DNA of 64,000 nucleotides from Alphaproteobacteria bacterium (GTDB lineage: Bacteria; Pseudomonadota; Alphaproteobacteria; UBA7887), in contig CBDCGL010000011.1 in NCBI GenBank assembly GCA_965216755.1, forward strand, positions 4,256,001 to 4,320,000, read 5' to 3'. Below the pieces are notes generated by a model. It saw nothing but the letters and a program-made list of their open reading frames with translations. It was not told where the DNA came from and did not search any database. The first letter of the stretch is position 1; every line of letters starts with the position of its first letter. This document shows, piece by piece, positions 1 through 10,694 of the stretch. Both the position numbers and the translations under genes were made by a program.

Positions 1-1321
1 GGTCGATGCTCTCGACAAAGACTTTCAGCGCCGTTGGGTCGTCAATCGCGTGCGAAAACTCGACCACATAAAGGTGGCTGCCATGCTTACCGCCGAGCGT
101 GGTGAACTGTGGCCCGACGGCGAAGTTGGTCACCTGTGCGTTGATCGCGGCGGCCGCATCCGCGACCGCCTGCTCGATCTCGGCCTCGATGACATGCTCG
201 CCAAAGGCCGACAACATGTAGGACGTGCGCCCGGTGATTAGGAGTCGCGGTGGGTGCACATCGACAAAGCGCACGGTGTCGCCGACCACATAGCTCCAGA
301 CGCCGGCGCAGGAACTGACGACCAGGGCGTAGTCGATTCCCGGCTCGATGGTTGCGACCCAATGTCGGGTCGGGGCCGGCCGATCCAGATCTTCGATCGG
401 GACAAACTCGTAGAACAAGCCATTGTCGACGTTCAGTCTGAGTCCGTCTCCATCGCCACGATCCGCGACGGCGAAAAAACCTTCGCTGGCCGGATACACC
501 TCGCGTGTCTCGGCCGGCGTGCCACGCAGCCATTCCTGAAATCGCGTCCGATAGGGCGCGAAGTGAACACCGCCGTGGACCACCAGCGAAAGATCCGGCC
601 ACAAATCCGCGGCGCACGTCGCACCAATGTCTTCGGTTGCAAGCCGCGCGAACAGCGAGACGAGCCAACTCGGTGTCCCCGAAACGACCCCGATCCGCTG
701 GTGTTTGGTGCCGCGCGCTATGGCCTCGATCTTGGCGTCCCAATCCGTGAGCAACGCGATCTCCGGCGGCGGATAGCGCCATGGTTTGGCGAACCAAGGC
801 GTTTCCTCAACCGCGATGCCGCTCAGGTCGCCGCTTTTGACCCCCGGGGCGAGGTGTTTAAGATCCGTTGATCCGCCGAGCATCAACATGCGCCCGCGCA
901 GGACGCGACTTGAGGGCCTATTGACCACATGCCAGGCGAGCACATCCAGGGCCGCGCGCGCGTTCGCCCGCACCATTTCACGGGAACAGGGGATGTATTT
1001 GGTGCGGCCGGTTGTCGTGCCGGACGTGACCGCGAAATAGGGAATTGTGCCGGGCCAGGTCTTGTCGCGCAGGTTGGGAAAGCCCTGTTGCCAATAGGCC
1101 GACCAGAAATCCTCGTAGCGTTTCAAGGCGACGCTGTCTTGGAACGCCTCGACGGATTCGATTCGGTCGAAACCGTGGTCCCGTCCGAACTGGGTCCGCG
1201 CCGCGCGCCGGACCAGCTGGTCCAATTGTCGCCGTTGGGTGGCAACGGGATCCGCCGCGGCGATACGCGCCACGCGCCAGCGCGCAAAGGCGCGAAGGGC
1301 CGTTGTCGAACCCGGAATCAT
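1..1321 (-). CDS. GH3-family acyl-acid amido synthetase (3' end runs off the window)
   Basis: Not in the ORF track because there is no stop in the window. Manual translation from ATG 1321 gives MIPGSTTALRAFARWR..., with GH3 motifs TSGTTTGRTKYIP, YPASEG and YVVGD. The start overlaps the upstream stop (ATGA, 1318-1321). Confidence 0.88.
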   Translation of the reverse strand, partial: MIPGSTTALRAFARWRVARIAAADPVATQRRQLDQLVRRAARTQFGRDHGFDRIESVEAFQDSVALKRYEDFWSAYWQQGFPNLRDKTWPGTIPYFAVTSGTTTGRTKYIPCSREMVRANARAALDVLAWHVVNRPSSRVLRGRMLMLGGSTDLKHLAPGVKSGDLSGIAVEETPWFAKPWRYPPPEIALLTDWDAKIEAIARGTKHQRIGVVSGTPSWLVSLFARLATEDIGATCAADLWPDLSLVVHGGVHFAPYRTRFQEWLRGTPAETREVYPASEGFFAVADRGDGDGLRLNVDNGLFYEFVPIEDLDRPAPTRHWVATIEPGIDYALVVSSCAGVWSYVVGDTVRFVDVHPPRLLITGRTSYMLSAFGEHVIEAEIEQAVADAAAAINAQVTNFAVGPQFTTLGGKHGSHLYVVEFSHAIDDPTALKVFVESID

Positions 1322-3588
1322 CTCCGTGGGGTCAGACGCATGACATGTTTGTAGGTCGCCCGGACCGTCGCCATTTGCAAGGGAACCTGGACATAGTCGC
1401 CTTTGCGCCACATTGGCACTTGGTCGACAAATGCGGGGCTACCGAACCAGCCGTCTTGCCCGCCCAACAATGCGAAGTAATTGCTGTCCGGATCGGCAAG
1501 ATCCGCCACGTGCCGGGCTTGTGAACCATATTGCGTGCGGTGTCGCTTTTTTGCGTCGGCGTGGGCGGTTTTCATCACCGTTGTCGAGCCGCCGCTGGCG
1601 GGATAGTCGATAAATTGATAACGGCCGCCGAGCAATGGCGCAAACTGCAACGGATGGGCGAGAGACAACCGATGCATGTCACCCCATGTCGGATAGGTTT
1701 CAAGCATTTGCGCGGCGGCCCGCAGCGCCGTGTCGCAGGCGGCGGCAAGGCGATCATCGGTGATTTCGGCGACGTGGGCGACGAGGGAGAACCGTCCGCG
1801 ACCGACACCGGTGGTTGCGTTCAGGGTGTCGTTGGTATCGAGTTCGGCAATGAAGCGATCGAGAAAAACCTCAAACAAGAGCGGTTCAGGCTTGTCCGCG
1901 TCGTAGTCGCCGGACCAGTTTCGCAGGCGTGCGACAACGGCCCTGCCATCGGGTTCCGTGGCGGCCGCGACAGTCAACTTGTCCAGACGGGCGAACAAGG
2001 CGTCCCGCAAAGCGAGCGCCGAAGGCATGACCACATCCCGCTGCAGCGCCTTCAAATCGGTCAAAGATAAGTCTCGGCGGTTGGTCAAGATAGCGGTCAG
2101 ACGAACCACGCGATCGTCCGGTGAGAAGAAATACCCGACCGGAATGTGGGCCGAGGCGGGCTTGTTGTTGGCGGAGACCAAAATGCCGTTTTCCGGATCA
2201 TAGGCCTGCGGCAGCGTCGCGGCGGTCGCAAAGTCTTGCCAGGCCGCGGCGGCTTCCAACGGCAAGGCCAAGTCGTCGGGTAGTGTCAACGGCCGTCGTG
2301 GCAGCCGCGTTGCCAGCACATGGCCGATGTGGCCCTGCGCGTCGGCATAGAGCATGTTTTGTCCAGAGACCCAAAACCCGTCCATCGCCGCCACGAATTG
2401 GTCCCAATCACGGGCGCGATTGGCTGCCAGCATGGCCGTGATTTCGTCGCTGGCCATGTGCCCGGTCCACCGCAGGGCCAGTTCGGCCGCGTCGGCGTTG
2501 AGGAGCGGCGCATCAGTTATCACCGGCCCATAGTCGGTCTCGCGGATGGTTACTTTGCTGTCCAGCCACCAGCGCGTGCGAATCGTTTCCGTGCGCGTGC
2601 GGATCGCATCATCCGACAGCGACGATATGTCGAACAAGTCGCTACTGGCCGAACGCATGTTGGTGCCGCCCCAGGCAATGTGCGGGTTGCGACCGAGCGC
2701 GACAAACGGCAGCCCGGGAATCATCAATCCCGCAGCGTGGTGAGACGGCGACTTGTAGCCGGCGATCAGCCACAGATTGGGCAGGAAAATGCCCAGATGC
2801 GGGTCGCTGGCGATCATTGCCGCACCGTTGACGCTGTTTGCGCCAGATATAACAACGGAATTGCTGCCGGACCGGCTGACGCTGGCCAGCATGGCGTCCA
2901 GGGTCGCCAGCTCGTCCGACGCGTCGGCGCCGAAACTGGGGATCGACCGGGTGCCGGCGGCAAGCAGCTGGCGCCAACGCTGCGGCCAATCGGGCGCGTT
3001 GAGTTTTGCTAGCAAGCGGAACCAAATCAGCCAATTCACATCGGTTGAAGCGAGCCGTCCAATCGCCATCAAATCATTGCCATGCCACGGTTCGCGGTCC
3101 ATAGCGAAGATATCGAACTCGTGCGGCAGAGTGTCCACATTGGCGACATAGTGGTTGACCCCGGCGACAAACGCCTCGACCCACTGGCGGGTTTCGTCGG
3201 GCATCATGGCCATCATGTCGGGCGCGGCGCGCCCAAATCCCAGAATGCGCAGCGACTTGTCGATGTCGACGGCGACGGGACCGGCGATCTCCGCCAAACG
3301 ACCCTGCGCGATACGGCGCAAAATCTCCATCTGTCCGAGGCGCAGGTGAGCGTGAACCACCCCGAGGGTCACGGCGAGGTCGTGGTCGGTATCTGCGGCA
3401 ATGAACGGGACCAGATTGTCGTTCCAAAAGATTGTAACCGGCTCTTCCAGCGGCATGGCGTCGCGCGGCAGCGTGTCGAGACGTTCGGCCAAGCTGAGGC
3501 TCTGTGGGGGCGGCGCCAAAAGCGCGCACGAGGTCAGCATGCCGCCCGTCAAACTGAGACCAAATGCGCGCCGCAACTTGGACATCAT
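1318..3588 (-). CDS. Penicillin acylase / acyl-homoserine-lactone acylase family Ntn-hydrolase, probable lipoprotein
   Basis: HAHLRLGQMEILRRIAQGRLAEI, beta-chain nucleophile GSNS, ASDPHL, ANNK. Lipobox-like LTSC follows MMSKLRR, so the start is moved from 3672 to 3588. Confidence 0.9.
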   Translation of the reverse strand: MMSKLRRAFGLSLTGGMLTSCALLAPPPQSLSLAERLDTLPRDAMPLEEPVTIFWNDNLVPFIAADTDHDLAVTLGVVHAHLRLGQMEILRRIAQGRLAEIAGPVAVDIDKSLRILGFGRAAPDMMAMMPDETRQWVEAFVAGVNHYVANVDTLPHEFDIFAMDREPWHGNDLMAIGRLASTDVNWLIWFRLLAKLNAPDWPQRWRQLLAAGTRSIPSFGADASDELATLDAMLASVSRSGSNSVVISGANSVNGAAMIASDPHLGIFLPNLWLIAGYKSPSHHAAGLMIPGLPFVALGRNPHIAWGGTNMRSASSDLFDISSLSDDAIRTRTETIRTRWWLDSKVTIRETDYGPVITDAPLLNADAAELALRWTGHMASDEITAMLAANRARDWDQFVAAMDGFWVSGQNMLYADAQGHIGHVLATRLPRRPLTLPDDLALPLEAAAAWQDFATAATLPQAYDPENGILVSANNKPASAHIPVGYFFSPDDRVVRLTAILTNRRDLSLTDLKALQRDVVMPSALALRDALFARLDKLTVAAATEPDGRAVVARLRNWSGDYDADKPEPLLFEVFLDRFIAELDTNDTLNATTGVGRGRFSLVAHVAEITDDRLAAACDTALRAAAQMLETYPTWGDMHRLSLAHPLQFAPLLGGRYQFIDYPASGGSTTVMKTAHADAKKRHRTQYGSQARHVADLADPDSNYFALLGGQDGWFGSPAFVDQVPMWRKGDYVQVPLQMATVRATYKHVMRLTPRR

Positions 3589-3927
3589 GTCGAATGACTT
3601 TCGATCCGGTTCATTTTGTGGATTGCACACAAAGCGTGCGTGACGATCAGTGTAACGCTTGGCGCCACGCATATGGTGACGGCGGGCCGAGATGGAAGGC
3701 GATCGGCCTGTTGCTCATCTGCCACTATACGTTGCAAGAATAAGAGATCCACACTGAAAGGGCGCGGAATTCCTTTGTCTGCGGCGAGTCGCGCACCTAG
3801 AGTGTGCGCCAAATAAAACAAGATTATGACGCCGAGTGAATCGGCGCCGAGTTCGGTCTCAGCCAGCGGAACATGTTGTGAGGCTTAGATGCTGCCGGGG
3901 ACTATTTGGGTGGATAAAGGGAATATA

Positions 3928-4476
3928 ATGCCGCGCATAACGCGCTGGGCAGCGGCGCTGGGGGCTATCTGCCTTTTGGCATCGCCGGGTGTCGCGACCG
4001 CCGAGCCGGAGTTTTTTGGTATGCCGTCGATTGGCGAGCTGCCCTGGATCTCCGGTGAAATTAGCGATGGTGGCGGCCGCTATGTGGATCTGGGCCTATG
4101 TGGCTCAGCGCCGGCAACTTTGCGGGCCGGCGGCGACGAATTGACTTTGGTGGCGGTCGGTGGCGGTACGGACTTGTCCGCGGCGGACGTTGTCAATGGC
4201 GCGTTGGTCGGCGGTACCATCGGTGCGGCGATGGACGCATATGACCAGCGTTGCGTTGGCCGCGTCTTGGAACTTGGCGCTGACCATGAAGCCGTGGTTT
4301 GGCACAATCAAACCTCGGATACCGCGTATCGCGTTGTCCCCGTGAAAACGTTCGAGCGTGTCACCGGATTGGTGTGCCGCGTCTTCGCGATACAAGCCAC
4401 CACTAGCGCCGACTCACAAGCCGTTTATCAAAGCGCTTGCCGCCAGATGAATGGCAGTTGGACGTCGATGATCTAG
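3928..4476 (+). CDS. Secreted 17-kDa-surface-antigen-like protein (RT0821/Lpp0805 type)
   Basis: Signal peptide (MPRITRWAAALGAICLL...ATA), glycine-zipper GALVGGTIGAAMD, C-terminal CRxF...ACRQxNGSW. Confidence 0.7.
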   Translation: MPRITRWAAALGAICLLASPGVATAEPEFFGMPSIGELPWISGEISDGGGRYVDLGLCGSAPATLRAGGDELTLVAVGGGTDLSAADVVNGALVGGTIGAAMDAYDQRCVGRVLELGADHEAVVWHNQTSDTAYRVVPVKTFERVTGLVCRVFAIQATTSADSQAVYQSACRQMNGSWTSMI

Positions 4477-4707
4477 GGCGGCACGCTGCCGCGACGGCGT
4501 AGAACTTGGCAGCGAGCCATATCGGGTTGCCCACTTGAGTGAGGCAATGCCTTCATCTGGAGCGCGTACGTATGTTGGCGGGCGCCGACGTCGGGCGCCG
4601 CCCAATCGGTGCGCCGAGTGCGTTTCAAAATCTGAATTAATTTCGGCGAAAAGTCTGCTAGTGTAATCTCTGGGATCTAACCAAGAGACGCGGGGTGGAC
4701 GGATTCC

Positions 4708-5886
4708 GTGAATGCAAAGAGCCGATGGCTCGCTGGATTGGCACTGTTTCTTACTCTCTGGTGGGCGGGCGGAGGCTCTGCGCAGGAACCGCCAGCTGAA
4801 ATCGAATACAACATCTCTCGAGCCCATGAGCTGTTTGATGCTGGCCAGTCACGCGAAGCGCTAACATTTTATGCGACCGCTTTGGGACAGAGCGCGGCCG
4901 CCTTTGGCGCTAACAGCGCGGCGATTACCGTGCTGCTCGGCGATATTAGCGACCGCTACTGGAACGCTCGCCACTTCGATCTTGCCGAGGTCCTGTATCG
5001 CAATTGGATCGCCCTGATCGAACGCGACTATGGCACCAAGAACGGTGGCTTGGCACAGCCCCTAAGCTATTTGAGCGTGTTGCTGGGAACCCAAGGTCGA
5101 TTTGCCGAGGCGCAGCGCGCCTATGTGCGTTGCGTCTCAATTCTGGAAACCGAGAAATCGCGCGACAATCGGCGGATCGGCATGGCGGCCTTCAATTTGG
5201 CCACGGCCTATGAATATCACGGCCGATTGAATGAGGCCCGGGTCCTGTACACGCGCGCGGTCGAGATATGGCAGGCGGCAACCGACACGCAAGAAGCGAT
5301 TCTGACGACCGCAAAAGAGCGGCTGGCTGGGTTGGATCGACCGCCCCCGGCGCGGCCGATGGTCGCCGCGGAAAATGTCGTGGAGCTAACGGAGGAGCAA
5401 GCACAAGCGGCGGCGGCTGATGCTGTTGTGGGCGGTTTGATCACCGATGCCGGTTTGGGGGGCATCGGCCAACAATCCGCTAGCAATTCAGCGGGCGATG
5501 GCGATGCGGCCGGAGCCGGTGTTGGCACGGAGCCGGCGCCAGTGAATGACACCGCCACAGTGGTCGCGGTGGGTACGGCAGGGGACGCCGTCGCGCCATC
5601 GCTACCTTCAGTGCCGCCAAGTTTGGCGGCGGCATCGCGCGATTTCCGGGTTCACCTTGCCTCAGTCAAGGATGTCGAAGGCACGCACTATGAGTGGGAG
5701 CGGTTGAAAAAGCTGTACCCGGACTTACTTCGCGGACTCGATTTATCCGTTGTATCTGCCGATTTGGGGCCGGACAAGGGCGTCTTTTATCAGATCCAAG
5801 CCGGCCCGCTGTCCGAATCTTCGGCACGCGCGCTATGCGCGGCCCTTGCCGAACGCGATGCATGGTGCCGCGCCGTTCATACATAA
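4708..5886 (+). CDS. Exported TPR-repeat protein with C-terminal SPOR peptidoglycan-binding domain
   Basis: Signal peptide, kinesin-light-chain-like TPR helices, Ala/Gly-rich linker, SPOR-like FRVHLAS...FYQIQAGPLSESSARALC...WC. Confidence 0.8.
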   Translation: MNAKSRWLAGLALFLTLWWAGGGSAQEPPAEIEYNISRAHELFDAGQSREALTFYATALGQSAAAFGANSAAITVLLGDISDRYWNARHFDLAEVLYRNWIALIERDYGTKNGGLAQPLSYLSVLLGTQGRFAEAQRAYVRCVSILETEKSRDNRRIGMAAFNLATAYEYHGRLNEARVLYTRAVEIWQAATDTQEAILTTAKERLAGLDRPPPARPMVAAENVVELTEEQAQAAAADAVVGGLITDAGLGGIGQQSASNSAGDGDAAGAGVGTEPAPVNDTATVVAVGTAGDAVAPSLPSVPPSLAAASRDFRVHLASVKDVEGTHYEWERLKKLYPDLLRGLDLSVVSADLGPDKGVFYQIQAGPLSESSARALCAALAERDAWCRAVHT

Positions 5887-6190
5887 GTCATTAATACAAA
5901 AAGAAAATTCTGTTTGAGCCAGATCCTTTGCCGAATCTGACCGAAAGGCCTACGGTCGGCTCGATTGACGTCGGCACAGCGCCTATTTTATTGCTAGCGG
6001 TATCGGCACCGGCGTGGCCGCCGGCACCGTCGCCAGCGGACAGAGCAAGGCTGGGCATGTATGTGGCCGGCTCAACACGGGGCCCCAATACGCTGCGAGA
6101 TTCGGCGGCGGAGCTGGGTTGGTGCGCCGGATTTTGCGTGATCTGGCGATCGACGCGTCGATGTTTGCGTGTGGTCAGGAGACGGTGCAC

Positions 6191-7192
6191 ATGAAACAGG
6201 TGATCAAGGCCGCCGCGAAAGCGGTCGACCGCGGTGTCGTTTCGGCGTCTTTGGCTGTCGCCAAGGAACGTCCAGCCTTGTTGAGCTTCACCTTTCACGG
6301 CTTGTTCGAGACACGCGATGAAGCGCGCGACGGGACGATCTATCCGCACCAAATGGTGACCATCGACGATTTGCACTTTTTCATTGGCCATTTCAAAAAC
6401 GCCGGCTATCGCTTCATCAGCCCTGCCGAGCTTCTCTCCGGGCTTGACGCCGATGGCCACTATGCGCTGATGACGTTTGACGATGGCTACGCCAACAATC
6501 TGCGCGCTCTGCCTGTGTTGCGGGAACACAATGCTCCGGCGACCTTTTTTGTGACGACGAATAACGTTGCGCGCAGCCGGTGCTTTTGGTGGGACGTGCA
6601 TTACCGCGAACGTACCGCCCAGGGCATGGGAAAAGGAGCCGTGATCGAAGAACAGGAGGCGTGGAAGCGGGCGCCGTTTAACGAGATCGAAAGTCGGACC
6701 CGGGAAGCTTTTGGCGACGGCGCGTTTGCGCCACGTGGCGAAACCGATCGACCCATGACCGAAGATGAACTTAAGGCGTTCGCGGCTGATCCTTTGGTGA
6801 CGATCGGCAACCACACGGCCGACCACGCGATCTTGACCATGTGTGATGCGGAGGCGCGTGACCGCCAGTTGCGCGATAGCCAGGCGTACTTCGGCCGTGC
6901 TTTGGGGTCTCCGCCGGACATCATTGCCTATCCGAATGGCAATTTTGACGACGCCGTTATTGCGGCGGCGCGCGCGGCGGGGCTCAAGCTTGGCATGATC
7001 GTCGGCCCACGAAAAACGCGGCTGCCGCTCGCCGACTCTGAAATGATGATGCTCGATCGTTACGTTATCGATCCCATAGAAGGTGGGCCGAGTCTCGAGC
7101 AGCAATGCCGCGCTTGTCGCAGCGACATCCAGATCCTTAACACTGTGCGCCGAGTGCGTCGGCTGCGCCGCGCGCATCAAGGCATGCAATAG
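6191..7192 (+). CDS. Polysaccharide deacetylase (CE4/NodB family)
   Basis: TFDDGYANN, IGNHTADH and AYPNG motifs. ATG 6191 preferred over the ORF-track start at 6014. Confidence 0.85.
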   Translation: MKQVIKAAAKAVDRGVVSASLAVAKERPALLSFTFHGLFETRDEARDGTIYPHQMVTIDDLHFFIGHFKNAGYRFISPAELLSGLDADGHYALMTFDDGYANNLRALPVLREHNAPATFFVTTNNVARSRCFWWDVHYRERTAQGMGKGAVIEEQEAWKRAPFNEIESRTREAFGDGAFAPRGETDRPMTEDELKAFAADPLVTIGNHTADHAILTMCDAEARDRQLRDSQAYFGRALGSPPDIIAYPNGNFDDAVIAAARAAGLKLGMIVGPRKTRLPLADSEMMMLDRYVIDPIEGGPSLEQQCRACRSDIQILNTVRRVRRLRRAHQGMQ

Positions 7193-7238
7193 TCGACGAT
7201 CGGGATAGCCAGACGATGATTGCGCGGTGGTTCGTGGG

Positions 7239-8735
7239 ATGACCCGCAAGGAAAGCGAATTTCGCGCGGTATGGCGACAAGGGCGCGTTTATGGACTGGG
7301 CAACGCGCTCAATCGAGTCGCAGCCCTCCTGCTGATTCCGGTTCTTCTCCATTCGCTGTCGGCCGAGGAATGGGGCGCCTACGCGCTGATCCTGATATTC
7401 AGTCAAGCGCTGTCCATGGGGGCGTCGGTGATCAACGACTCCATGGCACGTATCTATTACGACTATGAGGAAGAAACGAAACGTTGCCAGGTGGTCGGCA
7501 CGGCATTCGTTTTGTTCCTGATGGCCGCGGCGCTTCTGGGTGTTCTGGCTTACCCCTTGGCCATCGCCATAAATGGATTTCTGTTCGACCATGATCGCTA
7601 TTTCAACGCGGTGTTGTTGGCGAACTTCGGTGTCATTTTCGAGTTACTGCTGGGCATGTTGCTGATCTATGTGCGGTTGCGCCGCCGCCCGCTCATTTTT
7701 GTCTCGATCAGTCTTGCCCGGTCGCTTATTCAACTCAGTCTAAGCATCGTGTTGGTCGCCTATCTGGGTATGGGCGTCATGGGTGTGGTGATTGGGAATT
7801 TCGCCGCGATCACGCTGCTTTCGATTCCGGCGGCTGCGATGATGCTGCGGCATACCGGCCTTCATTACCGGCGACCGGTGGCGCGCGAGATGACCCGCTT
7901 GGCGGTACCGATGGTTCCCGCCTGGTTCGTGCGTAGCTCGTTCAATTTGATTGAGCGCACGATGCTCAATCAATTGACGACGACGGCGACGGTTGGCGTC
8001 TACGCGGTCGGTCGGCGACTGACGGAGCAATTCGACAATTTACTGACGCTGCCCTTCGCCCATGTCTGGGGCGTCCATTTGCTTGAAGTCGGCGATTCGG
8101 TGGAACGCGCGAAAGAGCTGAATCGGGTACTCAATTTGGTCATGTTCGTGCTGACCGGCGCGTCGCTTACATTGTCCCTGTTTTGCTTGGAGATTTTGCA
8201 GATCATCGCGGCGCCCGAATTTTGGGACGTGGCGCCGGTCATCCCGATCATGGCACTGACTGGTATTGTTGGTGTGCCGATCTATCATTTCGAGAGGTGT
8301 TTGCTTCAGAAAAAGCAGACAGTCTACATGCCGATCATCAACTGGAGCGTGGTCGCGTTCAGTATTGGCATATTCTTTATCATGATACCGATTCACCCAC
8401 TTTGGGGCACCGCGTGTGCCGGTCTGATGGTATTTCTTTTTAAGCTGTCACTGACGGTGTTTTTCGTCGCGCGGTGTTCCGACGTCCATAGGCTGTTTCC
8501 TTGGGGAGGCGTCGCGACCTATATCTTGTTGGCGATCATCACCTATGGCGTGTCGCTATGGCTGATCGGCGACACGGTCAGTCTGGCCGGGATTGCCGGA
8601 AAGCTTGCTTTGCTGGCGATCGGTGGCACGATCGCGTTCTACAGCCCGGCCTTCGATCGTGATGAACGGCGCGCGGCGATCGGCATGGCCAATGGCTTCG
8701 CCCAGCGGCTGGGTTTGAATTTCGGAGGACGGTGA
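7239..8735 (+). CDS. wzx: Wzx-type oligosaccharide flippase
   Basis: About 500 aa, many TM segments, N-terminal YGLGNALNRVAALLLIPV...LSAEEWG, internal VGVYAVG; polysaccharide-locus context. Confidence 0.85.
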   Translation: MTRKESEFRAVWRQGRVYGLGNALNRVAALLLIPVLLHSLSAEEWGAYALILIFSQALSMGASVINDSMARIYYDYEEETKRCQVVGTAFVLFLMAAALLGVLAYPLAIAINGFLFDHDRYFNAVLLANFGVIFELLLGMLLIYVRLRRRPLIFVSISLARSLIQLSLSIVLVAYLGMGVMGVVIGNFAAITLLSIPAAAMMLRHTGLHYRRPVAREMTRLAVPMVPAWFVRSSFNLIERTMLNQLTTTATVGVYAVGRRLTEQFDNLLTLPFAHVWGVHLLEVGDSVERAKELNRVLNLVMFVLTGASLTLSLFCLEILQIIAAPEFWDVAPVIPIMALTGIVGVPIYHFERCLLQKKQTVYMPIINWSVVAFSIGIFFIMIPIHPLWGTACAGLMVFLFKLSLTVFFVARCSDVHRLFPWGGVATYILLAIITYGVSLWLIGDTVSLAGIAGKLALLAIGGTIAFYSPAFDRDERRAAIGMANGFAQRLGLNFGGR

Positions 8736-8750
8736 AACCGCGCGCCAGGT

Positions 8751-10694
8751 TCAGACCAATTCGGGCGTGCGCGTTTGTTCTTCTGCCAGCGCATCTGCCG
8801 TCAAGCCATATTTTCTGCACCATACCTCAAACATGAGCAACGTCCATACGGCACGACTGTGATCCCGTGCGAGCGAGCGATGTTCGGCCAGCAAAGCGGC
8901 GACCGAATCACGATCGATGATCCGTGTCACCACGGAGTCCGAGGCCAGGATCCGGTCTTGGGCAAAGCGACCCAAGTCTTCCTTGAACCAATAAGTCATG
9001 GGGATCACGAAGCCCTGCTTACGCCGCCACAAAAATCCCTTGGGGAAGTAATTTTCCATGACCCGTTTCAAGATGTATTTGGTCTTGCCACCACACATAT
9101 GCGTGCGCAGCGCGATGCGGTTGGCAAGTTCGGCCAAGCGGTGATCCAGGAACGGCGTCCGTAATTCCAAACTGTGCGCCATACTCGTACGGTCTGTCTT
9201 GACCAGCATTTGGTCGGTCAAACTGGCGTGTTGGTGGAATAGGGCGAACGCTTCCAACGGCGACAGCGTATCATCGTAGAGCACGCGCAATTGGGCGCGG
9301 TCATTGGTATTGACGCAGAGTTGCGAAAGATAGTCCGACATAAGCGCCAGACGTTCGCGCCGAAAACCCTGTTGATGCTTAGAGTTTAGCCTTATGCGCG
9401 CCGGCAACTCGACGTCGGCGATATTCTGCGCCAGCCTGTCGAAGCGTTCCCGTCGCGCGGCATCTGTGGCGGGGAGGCGGCGCAATGCGGAGATCGCAGC
9501 GTTGCGAATAAAACTCGGAACATAGCGCAAACGTTCGCTGAGAATATGGCCACGATAACTGTCATAACCGGCGAACATTTCATCGCCGCCGTCACCGGTA
9601 AGCGCGACGGTGACCGACTCGCGCGCGTGTTCGGCCAGATACCAAACCGGCAAAGCCGCGGGATCCGCGAACGGTTCGTCCAAATGCCAAGCGAGCTCTT
9701 CGATCACGTCCAAAGACTGCGGCGTTAGAACGATTTCGTGGTGATTGATGCCGAACCGCTTCGCCACAAAACGCTGATAGGGGCGTTCGTCGTAGATCGT
9801 TTCTTCGAAGCCGATGCCGAACGTTTCCAGCCGTGTATCGCTGACATCTTGCGCGAGCGCGACGATGGCGCTCGAATCGACGCCGCCACTGAGGAAAAAC
9901 CCCAACGGCACGTCGCTGATCATGCGCTTCTCGACCGAATCCCTCAGCAATTCGTGGGTCAGACGGACGCCTTCGCGTTCATCGGTGATTTCCGGCGAAC
10001 CCCGTTGCGGCGTCCAATAGGGCCAGACCTTGCAGGAGCCAGCCTCAATTCGTAATGCATGTCCTGGCAATAATTTATGTACGCCGCGAAATATCGTGCC
10101 GGGACCACGTACGTAATTGTAGACGAAATACCAATAGAGACCCAGCGGGTCGATCTTGGGTTCAAAGACCCCGCCAACGAAAAGCGCCTTCAGTTCCGAC
10201 GCGAAATAGAAAGCATCGTCGGTCTCGCAATAGTAAAGGGGTTTTTCGCCAAACCGATCACGTGCCGCGAAGACCCGATTTTTTCGCTTGTCGTAAATGA
10301 CAAACGCAAACATGCCGTTCAGATGGTCAAGGCAGCCTTCACCCCACTCGACATAGGCGGCCAGCAATACTTCGGTATCGGATTTCCCGGTGAGATTGTG
10401 GCCGCGCCCACGTAGGATACGAGCCACCTCTTTATAGTTGTATATCTCACCATTATAGACCACGGCGAACGTGCCGTCGGGTGTTGTCATCGGCTGTTGA
10501 CCACCTACCAGGTCAATGACACTCAGCCGCCTATGCGCCATAAGTGCGGACCCTAGTTGCAACTCGCCATATTCGTCGGGCCCGCGATGAACGATCGCGG
10601 CCGCCATATCCCGCACGCGCGCGCGCTCGCGCGCAATCCAGCCAACGTTGCCGCTGACATGGTGCTTTTCATGAGTGAAGACAAACCCGCACAT
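8751..10694 (-). CDS. asnB: Asparagine synthase-like glutamine amidotransferase (copy 1)
   Basis: N-terminal MCG, HRGPD, HRRLSVID, NGEIYN, RDRFGEKPLYY, LSGGVDSS, TGDGGDE. Confidence 0.93.
   Translation of the reverse strand: MCGFVFTHEKHHVSGNVGWIARERARVRDMAAAIVHRGPDEYGELQLGSALMAHRRLSVIDLVGGQQPMTTPDGTFAVVYNGEIYNYKEVARILRGRGHNLTGKSDTEVLLAAYVEWGEGCLDHLNGMFAFVIYDKRKNRVFAARDRFGEKPLYYCETDDAFYFASELKALFVGGVFEPKIDPLGLYWYFVYNYVRGPGTIFRGVHKLLPGHALRIEAGSCKVWPYWTPQRGSPEITDEREGVRLTHELLRDSVEKRMISDVPLGFFLSGGVDSSAIVALAQDVSDTRLETFGIGFEETIYDERPYQRFVAKRFGINHHEIVLTPQSLDVIEELAWHLDEPFADPAALPVWYLAEHARESVTVALTGDGGDEMFAGYDSYRGHILSERLRYVPSFIRNAAISALRRLPATDAARRERFDRLAQNIADVELPARIRLNSKHQQGFRRERLALMSDYLSQLCVNTNDRAQLRVLYDDTLSPLEAFALFHQHASLTDQMLVKTDRTSMAHSLELRTPFLDHRLAELANRIALRTHMCGGKTKYILKRVMENYFPKGFLWRRKQGFVIPMTYWFKEDLGRFAQDRILASDSVVTRIIDRDSVAALLAEHRSLARDHSRAVWTLLMFEVWCRKYGLTADALAEEQTRTPELV

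Noticed and set aside
50-1354. Several ORF-track calls (87-797, 254-871, 929-1354)
   Set aside because: Shadows of the GH3 gene, which the track missed because it has no stop in the window.
5891-7249. Long antisense ORFs here and at 14502-15569, 49038-49973 and 54305-55324
   Set aside because: They lie opposite well-supported genes, carry no motifs, and are expected in high-GC DNA.
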